Part shown: positions 1 through 9,068 of the stretch, in pieces | Numbering within the stretch: position 1 is the stretch's first letter | Layout: each line of letters starts with the position of its first letter | From: an uncultured Acidobacteriota bacterium | Lineage (GTDB): Bacteria; Acidobacteriota; Thermoanaerobaculia; Gp7-AA8 | Assembly (NCBI GenBank): GCA_963741955.1 | Contig: CAVUKB010000005.1 | Location: 1,312,001 to 1,376,000 of the forward strand | Direction of reading: 5' to 3' | DNA: 64,000 nucleotides | The notes under the pieces: model-generated | Told to the model about the DNA's origin: nothing | Databases searched by the model: none | The model's input: only the letters and a program-made list of their open reading frames with translations | Translations under genes and position numbers: made by a program

Positions 1-204
1 GGCGAGGCCCCAGAGCGTTTCGCCTCGTTCGATCACGTGGGTCTTCGCACCGGGAGGATACGTGGATGGGTCCGGCGGAATGTACGCCGTCCAGTGATCG
101 CCAACCAGGTGAAGGTCTTTCGGCGGCTGAGTTTCATTCTGCGCCGCCAGCAGTGGCAGCGCCGCCATCAGGAGGACCGGAACCACACAACGCACGCGCA
201 CCAT
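1..204 (-). CDS. LysM peptidoglycan-binding protein, N-terminal part (runs off the window edge)
   Basis: Not in the ORF track. Hand translation from ATG 204 gives MVRVRCVVPVLLMAALPLLAAQNETQPPKDLHLVGDHWTAYIPPDPSTYPPGAKTHVIERGETLWGLA: signal peptide, then the LysM start motif HVIERGETLWGLA. RBS GGAGGGG upstream. Confidence 0.8.
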   Translation of the reverse strand, partial: MVRVRCVVPVLLMAALPLLAAQNETQPPKDLHLVGDHWTAYIPPDPSTYPPGAKTHVIERGETLWGLA

Positions 205-241
205 TTGCCCCTCCCCAATATGTCCAATCCCAATGTTGGGA

Positions 242-271
242 ACGTTAGCGCAATTCAGCGCTAAGTGTCAA
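242..271 (-). promoter_or_regulatory. Putative sigma70 promoter for the LysM gene
   Basis: TTGACA-18 nt-TAACGT on the minus strand, about 40 nt upstream of ATG 204. Confidence 0.55.
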
Positions 272-371
272 ATGGGAAGGACCTTAGCCCGGACGATTCC
301 GGGCCGGCAGGAAGAACCCGGCAGGCTGCCGCGACCCTGGAACTCGGCTCAACCGGAGACCGGCACGGCCG

Positions 372-405
372 GAAAACCCAAGGGCGCGCACGACGGCGCG
401 CCCCT
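372..405 (-). terminator. Putative intrinsic terminator downstream of the lytic transglycosylase
   Basis: 8-bp GC stem GGGCGCGC/GCGCGCCC (382-403), followed on the minus strand by TTGGGTTTT. Confidence 0.45.
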
Positions 406-454
406 GGAAGTCTCCGGTCCCCGCCGCTGGAGACGGGGCGTCGTGCGGAGATGC

Positions 455-1399
455 TCAGCGAGTCTCGGAGCGGCCCTGACGCTCGTTCGAGTCTTCGCTG
501 AACGCTTGCAGCTCTGCGGTTCTCTTTCGGTAATTCTGGAGGACCTGTTTCACGTAAGACTTCGTTTCGCGGTACGGAGGAACGCCTCCGTAGTGCCTCA
601 CGGTTCCTTCGCCCGCGTTGTAGGCGGCGATGGTCTTCTTGAGGTTCCCGTCGAAACGCTCCTCGAGATATTTCAGATACTTCACCCCGGCCTCGACGTT
701 CTGGTCCGGGTCGAACAGATTTTGCGCTCCCATCCAGCGCCCGGTCCTCGGCATCAGCTGCATCAGCCCCTGCGCACCGACCGGTGAGCGTGCGCGCTTC
801 TTGAATCGCGACTCGGTCTCCATGACCGCTGCCACCAGCGCCGGATCGACGTCGTACTTTTTCGCGTGCTCGTGGATCAGGGATCCGTAGGGCACCTGGG
901 TCGCGAAGAACTCTTCGCGCACCGCGCCGGTGATGATCCCCACCTGCTTCTTCCCTTCCTCCGCAATCTGTTCGATTCCACCGAACGAGGGAAACTCCGC
1001 GATCTCGTCGGAACCGGTTCGTCCCTCCTTCGCAGAAGGCTCGAGCCACTTCGGGTCGAACAGGTTCGTCCGCGTCGATACGAATCGATCGGGGAAGAGC
1101 CGCGCGATCCGGAGAAGCGAAGTCGATGCGAGGTCGGATCGGACGTCCGCCACGACGTTCGACTGATCACCCTTGTTCCGGACCACCTTGACCTGATCGA
1201 GGTCCCGCTCCACGAGGAAGTGAACGCCATCGAGCGCCTGTCCAACCCCTCCGAACGAGAGTGCGGCACCGAGCACGATGGTCATGAACCGCGCCGATCG
1301 AACCGGCGCCCGTCGCGTCCGGGCCGAACGTCTTCGGCGATCCGGAGAGAGTCGCAGCGCCCGACCGAGGCTTTCAGCAAATCGTCTTCGCTTCTTCAT
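455..1399 (-). CDS. Lytic transglycosylase (SLT domain) with N-terminal membrane anchor
   Basis: Motifs AVMETESRF (catalytic Glu), GAQGLMQLMP and IAAYNAG; RBS AAGGGG before ATG 1399. Confidence 0.9.
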   Translation of the reverse strand: MKKRRRFAESLGRALRLSPDRRRRSARTRRAPVRSARFMTIVLGAALSFGGVGQALDGVHFLVERDLDQVKVVRNKGDQSNVVADVRSDLASTSLLRIARLFPDRFVSTRTNLFDPKWLEPSAKEGRTGSDEIAEFPSFGGIEQIAEEGKKQVGIITGAVREEFFATQVPYGSLIHEHAKKYDVDPALVAAVMETESRFKKRARSPVGAQGLMQLMPRTGRWMGAQNLFDPDQNVEAGVKYLKYLEERFDGNLKKTIAAYNAGEGTVRHYGGVPPYRETKSYVKQVLQNYRKRTAELQAFSEDSNERQGRSETR

Positions 1400-1511
1400 G
1401 AGATCCCCTTTCGAGAGCGAGACTCAACAGTTATTTGGACCGTTCTCGCAAACAAGAGGCTCTGGCGGGTTATTGCCGGGGGAGGGCGTTTCGGCGAAAA
1501 ATAACTATAAG

Positions 1512-2099
1512 TTATTGATGCCGCTCGTCTTCGCCGAAGACTTCGGCCTCGAATCGCTCGATCGAGCAGAGGCCCCGATGAGCCGCCTCGGCGGGAAGAC
1601 CTGCTTTCCTGCAGGTCTGGCGCAGCAGTTCGTCTGCGGTCCAACCGTATTCGGTCGCAACCTGTGGCAGGAGCAGCCCGGCAGAGCGCCCCTGGCGCAC
1701 GATCAGACCGTCCCGACCGACCACGATCGACCCGAGGCTCTCCACCGGCAGGACCGGACCGAGGACGGAGATCTCGATCGACAGGAGTTCCAGCTCGCGG
1801 CCGGTGAGCGGCGCGAAGCGTGGATCCCCGAACGCGGCGTTGAGCGCGTTCTCCTCGACCGTGCGGTAGAGAGGACGGAGTGGCAAGACCGTGCCGATGC
1901 ATCCACGCAGGCCGGTGCCGATGTGGAGGGTCACGAAAGCTCCTGCCGGGCGGCGGAGTGCATCTGAGAGTGCTTCCGGGTCGATCGGAACGCGGGACCC
2001 GGAAAAGTGTCCGGCGATGGCATTCCTCGCGATCGCGAGGAGAGCGGTGCGGTCGGACGCGCAGAGCAGACGGGAAGGCGCCGATTCGACATCGGTCAT
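1512..2099 (-). CDS. AMMECR1-domain protein (AmmeMemoRadiSam system protein A)
   Basis: GAFVTL..LRGCIG, AAFGDPRF, IEISVL, GRDGL and LLLPQVA motifs. Confidence 0.9.
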   Translation of the reverse strand: MTDVESAPSRLLCASDRTALLAIARNAIAGHFSGSRVPIDPEALSDALRRPAGAFVTLHIGTGLRGCIGTVLPLRPLYRTVEENALNAAFGDPRFAPLTGRELELLSIEISVLGPVLPVESLGSIVVGRDGLIVRQGRSAGLLLPQVATEYGWTADELLRQTCRKAGLPAEAAHRGLCSIERFEAEVFGEDERHQ

Positions 2100-2848
2100 G
2101 AGATTTCCGCGGGACGGGACTCCGCCCCTTCCTCTTCTCTCACATCATAGATGAAGACGCGCTTGCTCATCCATCGAACCGCGAAGCAGTCCGCAAGGCC
2201 GCGAAACGCGCGATTGAGCGCCCCGTACTTCGACTGTCCGAAACGGCGCGGACGGTGGTTGACCGGCATCTCCAGCACACGAAAACCTTCCAGCCGCACC
2301 AGGGTCGGAAGGAATCGGTGCATCCCGGTGAAGAGTCGGATGCGCTGAACCGCTTCGCGCTTGACCAGCTTCAGAGAGCAACCGGTGTCGGTGATCTGAT
2401 CGCGGGTGATCCAGTTTCGAACCCCGTTCCCGATCTTCGACTGCAGCTTCCGCATCCGGGTATCCTGCCGGTTCACACGGACTCCGATGATCATGTCCGC
2501 AGACTTCGCCTCCAGCTCGTCGAGCATGCGAGGGATGTCGGCCGGATCGTTCTGCAGATCCGCGTCGAGAGAAACGACCAGGCGCCCGCGCGCGGCACGC
2601 CACCCTGCATCGAGGGCCGCTGTCTGCCCCATGTTCTTCGAGAACGAGAGAATCCGGAGATTCGGGTTCTCGTCCCGCAGACTCCGGAGCACGTCGAGGC
2701 TTCGATCTGCGCTTCCGTCGTCGATCGCGATCATCTCGTACTGCACGCCCCTCCCGTGTAGGGCGTCGCGGATCTCCTGCACGAGGATCGGAAGATTCTC
2801 CTCCTCGTTGAAGACCGGAAAGACGACGGAAAGGTCGAGCTGGTTCAT
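2096..2848 (-). CDS. Glycosyltransferase family 2 (polyprenol-phosphate mannose synthase/ArnC-like)
   Basis: SVVFPVFNEEEN, DDGSAD, LDADLQNDP and HRFLP; ATG 2848 overlaps the tatD stop (ATGA). Confidence 0.9.
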   Translation of the reverse strand: MNQLDLSVVFPVFNEEENLPILVQEIRDALHGRGVQYEMIAIDDGSADRSLDVLRSLRDENPNLRILSFSKNMGQTAALDAGWRAARGRLVVSLDADLQNDPADIPRMLDELEAKSADMIIGVRVNRQDTRMRKLQSKIGNGVRNWITRDQITDTGCSLKLVKREAVQRIRLFTGMHRFLPTLVRLEGFRVLEMPVNHRPRRFGQSKYGALNRAFRGLADCFAVRWMSKRVFIYDVREEEGAESRPAEIS

Positions 2849-3624
2849 TCGGCGATTCCAACGTCGAAAGCAGATTCGAAATTCGAAGTGGTCACTGCGG
2901 CCACATCCTCCACCGTACACTCCCAGAGATCGGCCAGCAGCTCCGCGATCCGGACCACGAACGCAGGCTCGTTCGGACGGCCCCGGTGAGGAACCGGCGC
3001 GAGGTACGGCGTGTCGGTCTCGATCAGCACCCGCTCTCGGGGAAGCGCCTTCGCGACTTCTCGTAGCGCGTCCGCCGAGCGGAACGTCACGATTCCGCTG
3101 AGCGACACGTAATAGCTCCGTGAGATGAGGGTTTCGGCGACTTCGAGTGACTCGGTGAACGAATGAAGAATCCCCCGCGCACCGCGTGCGGCGTCGCTCG
3201 CCAGCATCTCGAGGAGATCGGCCGTCGATTCACGATTGTGGATGATCACCGGTTTCCCGACGCTCTTCGCGAGCTCGATCTGGCGCAGCAGAGCGTGCCG
3301 CTGCACCGGGCGCGGAGAGTAATCGTAGTGGTAGTCGAGACCGATCTCTCCGATCGCCACCACCCGCGGGTGGCGGGCCAGATCCGAGAGCTCTTCGAAT
3401 GCGGCATCATCGAGGTGTTTCGCCTCGTGAGGGTGGTATCCGACTGCGGCCCAGACGTCGGGGTGCCGGTCGGCGAGCGCAACGACCGCTCGCACGTCGT
3501 TTCCGTCCGTGGCAGGGACGACGAATCCTCGCACTCCGGCTTCTCGTGCCCGAGTGAGGAGCGCATTCGTCTCCTCGTCGGTCATCGCAAGGTGACAGTG
3601 GCTGTCGGTGAATGGTCGCCTCAT
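2845..3624 (-). CDS. tatD: TatD family hydrolase/nuclease
   Basis: DSHCHL, GYHPH, AIGEIGLDY, IIHNRES and LIETDTPYLAP. Confidence 0.92.
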   Translation of the reverse strand: MRRPFTDSHCHLAMTDEETNALLTRAREAGVRGFVVPATDGNDVRAVVALADRHPDVWAAVGYHPHEAKHLDDAAFEELSDLARHPRVVAIGEIGLDYHYDYSPRPVQRHALLRQIELAKSVGKPVIIHNRESTADLLEMLASDAARGARGILHSFTESLEVAETLISRSYYVSLSGIVTFRSADALREVAKALPRERVLIETDTPYLAPVPHRGRPNEPAFVVRIAELLADLWECTVEDVAAVTTSNFESAFDVGIAE

Positions 3625-3672
3625 TCTTCTGATCTTCTCTGCGATCCGGCGCCGGGCGCCGCGATCGGTGCG

Positions 3673-4863
3673 TCACACTCGCTCGACCGCCATCGAGATC
3701 CCCATCCCCCCCGAAATGCAGAGCGTCGCGAGTCCGAGCGACTGGTCACGGAAATGAAGAGCGTGGACGAGCGTGGTGAGAATTCTCGCGCCGGTCGCAC
3801 CGATCGGATGTCCGAGCGCGATCGAGCCGCCGTGCACATTCATCCGATCGCGGTCGAAATGGAGCTCGCGGTCGCACGCCAGAACCTGTGCGGCGAACGC
3901 TTCGTTCAGCTCCACCAGATCGAAGTCCGAGATCTCCATCTGCGACTCCGAGAGGAGCTTCCGCGTCGCCGGGACCGGCCCGATCCCCATTACCTTCGGA
4001 TCGACTGCCGCCTGGGTGTACGCCTTGAGCCGGGCCATCGGGCGGAGTCCGTGCCGCGCAACGGCTTCGCCGCTGGCGACGATCATCGCGGCCGCGCCGT
4101 CGGTGATCCCCGAAGCGTTGCCCGCGTGAACCGTCCCTCCCTTCCGAAAGACCGTCGGGAGTTTCGCCATCCCTTCGAGAGTCGCGTCGAAACGGGGATG
4201 CTCGTCGCGGTCGACGATGGTGGTCCCCTTCTTCCCCTCCATCGTCACCGGAACGATCTCGTTTGCGAATGCCCCTTCCTCGTATGCAACCCTGGTTCGT
4301 CGCTGCGTCTCCACTGCATATTCGTCCTGCTCACCCCGACTGATGCCGTACCGCTCGGCGAGTGTCTCGGCGGTCGCACCCATCAACTCCTCGGCGAGTG
4401 GGCAGAGAAAGCCGTCTCGCACCATTCCGTCGACGATCTCCGCGTCGCCCATCCGCCATCCCCAGCGGACTCGTGGAAGCATGAACGGAGTGTTCGACAT
4501 CGATTCCGTCCCTCCCGCAACCACGACGGATGCTTGACCAAGACGGATCTGGTCGGCCGCGTTCATCACCGCCCGCAGGCCCGACCCGCACGCTTGATTG
4601 ACGGTGTATGCAGGGACGGATTCCGACAGGCCACTCCGCATCGCGACCTGCCGAGCCGGATTCGGTCCCACCCCCGCCTGTCGTGCGTTTCCGAAGATCA
4701 GTTCGTCCACCGCGGACATTTCGATCCCCGAGCGCTCCAGGACTGCCCCGACGACCCTGGTTCCGAGCTCGACCGCAGTGAGTGACGACAGCGCGCCTCC
4801 GAACTTCCCGATCGGAGTGCGGAGAGGTTCAACCAGGAAAATGTCTTCATCGATTCGACCCAT
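3673..4863 (-). CDS. Acetyl-CoA C-acetyltransferase (thiolase)
   Basis: NQACGSG (catalytic Cys), NEAFA, GHPIGATG and LCISGGMG; start MGRIDED at 4863. Confidence 0.93.
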   Translation of the reverse strand: MGRIDEDIFLVEPLRTPIGKFGGALSSLTAVELGTRVVGAVLERSGIEMSAVDELIFGNARQAGVGPNPARQVAMRSGLSESVPAYTVNQACGSGLRAVMNAADQIRLGQASVVVAGGTESMSNTPFMLPRVRWGWRMGDAEIVDGMVRDGFLCPLAEELMGATAETLAERYGISRGEQDEYAVETQRRTRVAYEEGAFANEIVPVTMEGKKGTTIVDRDEHPRFDATLEGMAKLPTVFRKGGTVHAGNASGITDGAAAMIVASGEAVARHGLRPMARLKAYTQAAVDPKVMGIGPVPATRKLLSESQMEISDFDLVELNEAFAAQVLACDRELHFDRDRMNVHGGSIALGHPIGATGARILTTLVHALHFRDQSLGLATLCISGGMGISMAVERV

Positions 4864-5890
4864 GTACCTCGACCTTTCCCGCCAGCAGATCAATCACCAG
4901 CTTCTCGTACGTGCCGACCGCGCTCAAAAGATCCTTCTTCTCAATCCGTTCCTCGGGTCCGTGCGCGTCGAGAATCGATCCGGGGCCGAAAAGGAACGGA
5001 GCGCCGAACCGCGGAAGGTGCGGCACATCCGTATTGAACGACACGACAGCTCCCGCTTCACCCGCCGGCACGTTCATGAAAGTCGGGGCATTGCCGTGCG
5101 TGAACGTGATCTCTCCGTCGTGCCGCCGGAGAATCTCTTCGAGCCGGGTCTGCACCTCCCGGGGCGAACCGACGGTTCGAAAGATCATGTCCGCCTCCGC
5201 GCGGCCGGCGATGACATTCGCCTTCTCTCCCCCCGCGATGCGTCCCACGTTCACCGTCGCACGTCCGAGCTCCGGGTGTGAGCCCCAGTCCAGAGACGCG
5301 ATCTCGGCGACCGCTGCGACCAGCTTCATCACCGCCGAGTCGCCGCGCGCCGGATATGCGGAATGCCCTGAGACACCTTTGAACACAACGGTGCAGGTGA
5401 AAGCCCCTTTCGACGCCTTCACGAACTTCGATTCGGTCGGCTCTCCGACCACGAGAAACTCGCTCCCGAGGTCCCCGAGCTCCCGGTTCGCCCACTTCGC
5501 CCCAACCGAGTCCGTCTCCTCGCCGACTACGAAAAGAAACGCGAATTCGTTCACCGAGTGCGCGATCAGCTTCTCACCGGCGGCGATCATCGCCGCGATG
5601 ATCCCCTTGGTGTCGCAAGCTCCGCGGCCGTAGATGCATGTCTCGTCTTCTCTGGAAGAAAAGAACGGCGGAACCGTGTCGAGGTGAGAACAGAGCACCA
5701 CCCTCGGGGGCGCACCGGTTCGCGCCAGGACGTTGAATCGATCCGGCGCGACTTCCTGCCGACGGCACTCGAAGCCGAGGGCGCTTACTCGGCTCTCGAC
5801 GAAAGCGGCGACGTCTGATTCCGCTCCCGTCGGAGATGGAATGTCGATCAGCTGGCGCGCTAGTGCGATGGGATCGATGGGCACACTCAC
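4847..5890 (-). CDS. M20/M25/M40 family metallo-hydrolase (ArgE/DapE-like)
   Basis: SHLDTV, GRGACDTKG, GEETDS, GEPT and the C-terminal AH metal ligand. Confidence 0.88.
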   Translation of the reverse strand: MSVPIDPIALARQLIDIPSPTGAESDVAAFVESRVSALGFECRRQEVAPDRFNVLARTGAPPRVVLCSHLDTVPPFFSSREDETCIYGRGACDTKGIIAAMIAAGEKLIAHSVNEFAFLFVVGEETDSVGAKWANRELGDLGSEFLVVGEPTESKFVKASKGAFTCTVVFKGVSGHSAYPARGDSAVMKLVAAVAEIASLDWGSHPELGRATVNVGRIAGGEKANVIAGRAEADMIFRTVGSPREVQTRLEEILRRHDGEITFTHGNAPTFMNVPAGEAGAVVSFNTDVPHLPRFGAPFLFGPGSILDAHGPEERIEKKDLLSAVGTYEKLVIDLLAGKVEVHGSNR

Positions 5891-6052
5891 CTCGGCGCGG
5901 GCATTCTAACCCGGCCGCGCCGCCTGGGAAGAACCCATTCCCAACCTCTCGCGCTTCGCCCCCAGGTCAACCGGCGGAGCGATTCTCCCGCGGACTGAAG
6001 GTTCCTCCCGGGACGTTCGGGCGATGATGACCTGCGCGCATAAAACGTCCAA

Positions 6053-6097
6053 TATCAATAATTTAGACGTAAGGGCCAGGATGGCATCCGGAATGCT
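6053..6097 (+). promoter_or_regulatory. IHF site plus sigma54 (-24/-12) promoter
   Basis: TATCAATAATTTA (6053-6065) matches WATCAANNNNTTR. TGGCATCCGGAATGCT (6082-6097) is GG-N10-GC. Confidence 0.6.
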
Positions 6098-6134
6098 ACT
6101 CCCAAGGTGGAACGTTCAGTTATTTGTGAGTGCT

Positions 6135-7076
6135 ATGAGAGAAGAAACGAACTGCATCAAATGCAATCGGCGGATCGACGGGACGGCCCGGCTCTGTCCC
6201 TTCTGCAACTGGGACCAGAGCGAGGCACCACCCGAACCGGAAGCAGTCGAGGCGCCCCCCGAACCTATTGTGGAACCCACCGGCAGGCTCGGACGGTTTC
6301 GATCTCTTTCTCCCGCTGCGCGGCAGGCTCTGCTCATCGCCGCAGCTGCGATCCTCCTGATCGGGACGTTCGCGATAGGAGGAGCGGTCTATGCGATTGG
6401 AAAACATGGGCCGCGTGAACGCTCGGACGATTCAACCGCCCGGATTCAGACGACGACTTCTGCGCCAGCAGCGGATAGACAAAAGCCCGGGGTCGCTTCG
6501 GATCTTCAGCTCGTCCCCAGCGGTTCCTCGTTGACGGGCGCTCCAGTCACTTCCGCTCCGGTGGCCGCTCCGGATCAGTCGGCAGATGCGACGCTCGACC
6601 GAACCGACGCGACCGCTCTCGCGGCGGATGCATACGCGAAGGCGGTGAAGAGTGCGTCGATGGCGTCTGCATCCGCAAACGGTACCCAGACTCCGCAAGC
6701 GCCGGAAACGGCGGCGGCGCTCGATCCACGAACGATCCGGACGCGACGCTACGACGTGGCCCCGAAACCGCCGGAGCCGAAGCAGCCGGCCCCTTCGGCA
6801 GCGGCTCCCGTGAAGATCGCCGAGACGCACGCAACGGAACCGGTACCGATCTCGCAACCGGTCCCGCAGCTTCACAACCGCGGGTCCGTCCGATTCAATC
6901 TGACCATCGGGAGAGACGGCCGGGTGAAAAGAGTGGACGTACTGCACACGTCGCCGGGGCTGACGCCTCCGATGATCGCGGCGGTGCAGAGGTGGCGATT
7001 CAGGCCTGCGACCGAAGACGGCAGGCCGGTTGAGGGGCAATTTCTCGTCGATGTATCCTTTAACGGAGATGAATGA
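6135..7076 (+). CDS. Zinc-ribbon / transmembrane / TonB C-terminal domain protein
   Basis: N-terminal CIKC..CPFC, one TM helix, Pro/Ala-rich linker, and a TonB-C-like end (TIGRDGRV..AVQRWRFRPATEDGRPV). Confidence 0.8.
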   Translation: MREETNCIKCNRRIDGTARLCPFCNWDQSEAPPEPEAVEAPPEPIVEPTGRLGRFRSLSPAARQALLIAAAAILLIGTFAIGGAVYAIGKHGPRERSDDSTARIQTTTSAPAADRQKPGVASDLQLVPSGSSLTGAPVTSAPVAAPDQSADATLDRTDATALAADAYAKAVKSASMASASANGTQTPQAPETAAALDPRTIRTRRYDVAPKPPEPKQPAPSAAAPVKIAETHATEPVPISQPVPQLHNRGSVRFNLTIGRDGRVKRVDVLHTSPGLTPPMIAAVQRWRFRPATEDGRPVEGQFLVDVSFNGDE

Positions 7077-7593
7077 TCCGGCCGAATGTGCCGCCTGCGG
7101 TCGATCGATCGACGCTGACGCGAAGATCTGTCCTTTCTGCGGAGCCGACGCGCACACAGGCGAGAAGATCGACACCGCCGCCATTCTCCGCGAGCACTTC
7201 TCGACCCGGAAAGCGCCACCGCGCGAACGGTTCGTCGATTTCTTCCGGCACCGACAGACGGTCGTGATGGCCCTGGTCGTCCTCGGGATCATCGGGTCCC
7301 TGATCGTCGTCCACCAGATCATCTCGCGGCAACAGCAGGACGTCCGCGATATCCCCGCGATCCCGCTCAGCCAGCTGGTCGAGACGCACGAGGCGACGCC
7401 AAAGACGCAGCCGCCGCCCCTCCCCGACGTCGAGTTCCAGTATCACGGCGATGAGAAGGACGCCCGAACGCTGATCACCGAGCCGGGAGCCGTTGCGCCG
7501 GCACCACCTCCCCAGGTCACCTCCACCGCGACGACCTCCACGACACGCGAAGGCAACACCACCGTATCTCAGCCCGCTCGGCCGCAGCCCTAA
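7069..7593 (+). CDS. Zinc-ribbon membrane protein
   Basis: CAAC..CPFC, TM helix VVMALVVLGIIGSLIVV and a Pro/Thr tail; overlaps the upstream stop. Confidence 0.75.
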   Translation: MNDPAECAACGRSIDADAKICPFCGADAHTGEKIDTAAILREHFSTRKAPPRERFVDFFRHRQTVVMALVVLGIIGSLIVVHQIISRQQQDVRDIPAIPLSQLVETHEATPKTQPPPLPDVEFQYHGDEKDARTLITEPGAVAPAPPPQVTSTATTSTTREGNTTVSQPARPQP

Positions 7594-7610
7594 CCCGCAT
7601 TTCTCACAAT

Positions 7611-8786
7611 TCAGCCGGCGCGGTCCCACGCCTCGACCACCAACCGATGAAACATCCGCCGGACGTTCTGCATGTTCAACGGTTTGTACGATGGATGGAG
7701 CCGGTTCGTGAGAAGAATCAGAATCAGATCGCGCCGAGGATCGACCCAGACCGAAGTCCCGGTGAATCCGGTGTGCCCGAAGCATGATTCGGACAGCAGA
7801 GACGAGGGATGGTCCGGACGGGTGATCTGGAGCTGCCAGCCGAGACCGCGGTTCTCCTCGAGTCCGACTGTGTAATTGCGCAACGCCACCTTCACCAGAT
7901 CCGCGGGGAGGAGATCGCCGCCTCCCCGGAGCCACGTCGAAGCGACCACCCACAGATCGCGGGCAGAGGAGAAGAGCCCTGCGTTTCCCGCCATCCCCCC
8001 CATGTACCAGGCATTCCCGTCGTTCACCTCTCCCCAGATCATGTACCGGCGAAACCCGGAGAAGGAGAGGTTCCTCGCAGCCACCATCTGCCGTTCGTTG
8101 ACGTTGCCCCACTCGGTCGCCGCGATCGCGAACTTCAGCTCCGGCGGCGGGTTGAACATCGAAAGACCGAGTCCGAGGGGCTGAAAGATCTTTCTGCTGC
8201 TGAGCGATTCGACCGTTTCACTCCACAACCTCTCCAGTGCGAGCTGGAGAAGAATGAATCCGAGGCACGAATAGATCTCCCGGGTCCCAGGCCGGTAGCG
8301 GAGCGGCCGGCGCACGATGGCATCGAGGTACGCTCCGTCTCCTGTGCCCTGGGTGTAGAGCGGATACCAGGCCTGAAAACCTCCCCGGTGGGTGAGCAGA
8401 TCGATCCAGGTCAGATCGTCCTTGCCGGTTCCGCGAAGCTCCGTCAGAACTTCGGCGACCGGAGCGTCCAGCCGCAGACGCCCTTCCGCCGCCGAGATCA
8501 GCACCAGGGTCGCAGTGATGACGGGCTTGGTCAGCGACGCGACGTCGAAGATGGTCTCCGCCGTCATGGCGAGTCTGGCCGGCTTGAGTGCGGAATGGCC
8601 GATCGGCTGCTCGAGGAGAATCTCGCGTGAGGATCCGATCAGCCACACCGCACCGGGAAAGCTCCCGATGGCAATCTCGCGGGAGAGAAGCCGCTGCACA
8701 TCTTCGCGGATCGACTGCAGAAGCGGATCGGAGATCCGGCGCGGCCCCCCCGCAGATCCTCCATTTTCGGCTGCGATCTCCCTCAC
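7611..8786 (-). CDS. Serine hydrolase, beta-lactamase/AmiE-like family
   Basis: SxxK (VASLTK), LLTHRGG, YS and GHTGFTG motifs. Confidence 0.88.
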   Translation of the reverse strand: MREIAAENGGSAGGPRRISDPLLQSIREDVQRLLSREIAIGSFPGAVWLIGSSREILLEQPIGHSALKPARLAMTAETIFDVASLTKPVITATLVLISAAEGRLRLDAPVAEVLTELRGTGKDDLTWIDLLTHRGGFQAWYPLYTQGTGDGAYLDAIVRRPLRYRPGTREIYSCLGFILLQLALERLWSETVESLSSRKIFQPLGLGLSMFNPPPELKFAIAATEWGNVNERQMVAARNLSFSGFRRYMIWGEVNDGNAWYMGGMAGNAGLFSSARDLWVVASTWLRGGGDLLPADLVKVALRNYTVGLEENRGLGWQLQITRPDHPSSLLSESCFGHTGFTGTSVWVDPRRDLILILLTNRLHPSYKPLNMQNVRRMFHRLVVEAWDRAG

Positions 8787-9068
8787 TCACTCCTCGGCGT
8801 ACGCGCCGTCGGACGCGATCGTCGCGCCGGCGCCTTCACGGCCTCTTCATTGTACGCGGATCGATTCGACATGCGCGGCCCCGGCCGGGGCCGGATTCCG
8901 TCCGGATGGAGAGAATTCACGGAATCAGCGACCGGATCGATCGAGTTTCCCCTCTCGACGACTCGAGGAGGCTGCGCGGCGGGAATCTCTGGAGCGGCCG
9001 CGGTGAATCTGCTAACATCCGCCGACCTCTGAAACCCAATTCCTAATCAGGTCGATCCGAACGCGTTC

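Noticed and set aside
288-450. Structured intergenic region with a stretch (minus strand TTGAGCCGAGTTCCAGGGTCGCGGCAGCCTG) reminiscent of the 6S RNA 3' strand.
   Set aside because: I could not build the long 6S rod with central bubble, and saw no promoter or typical synteny. An Rfam search would settle it.
3163-4785. Long antisense ORFs (for example 3163-4785, 10032-12017, 13290-15503, 36204-38303, 39803-41269 and 44712-46337).
   Set aside because: Shadows of real genes on the opposite strand, expected with high GC; no recognisable motifs.
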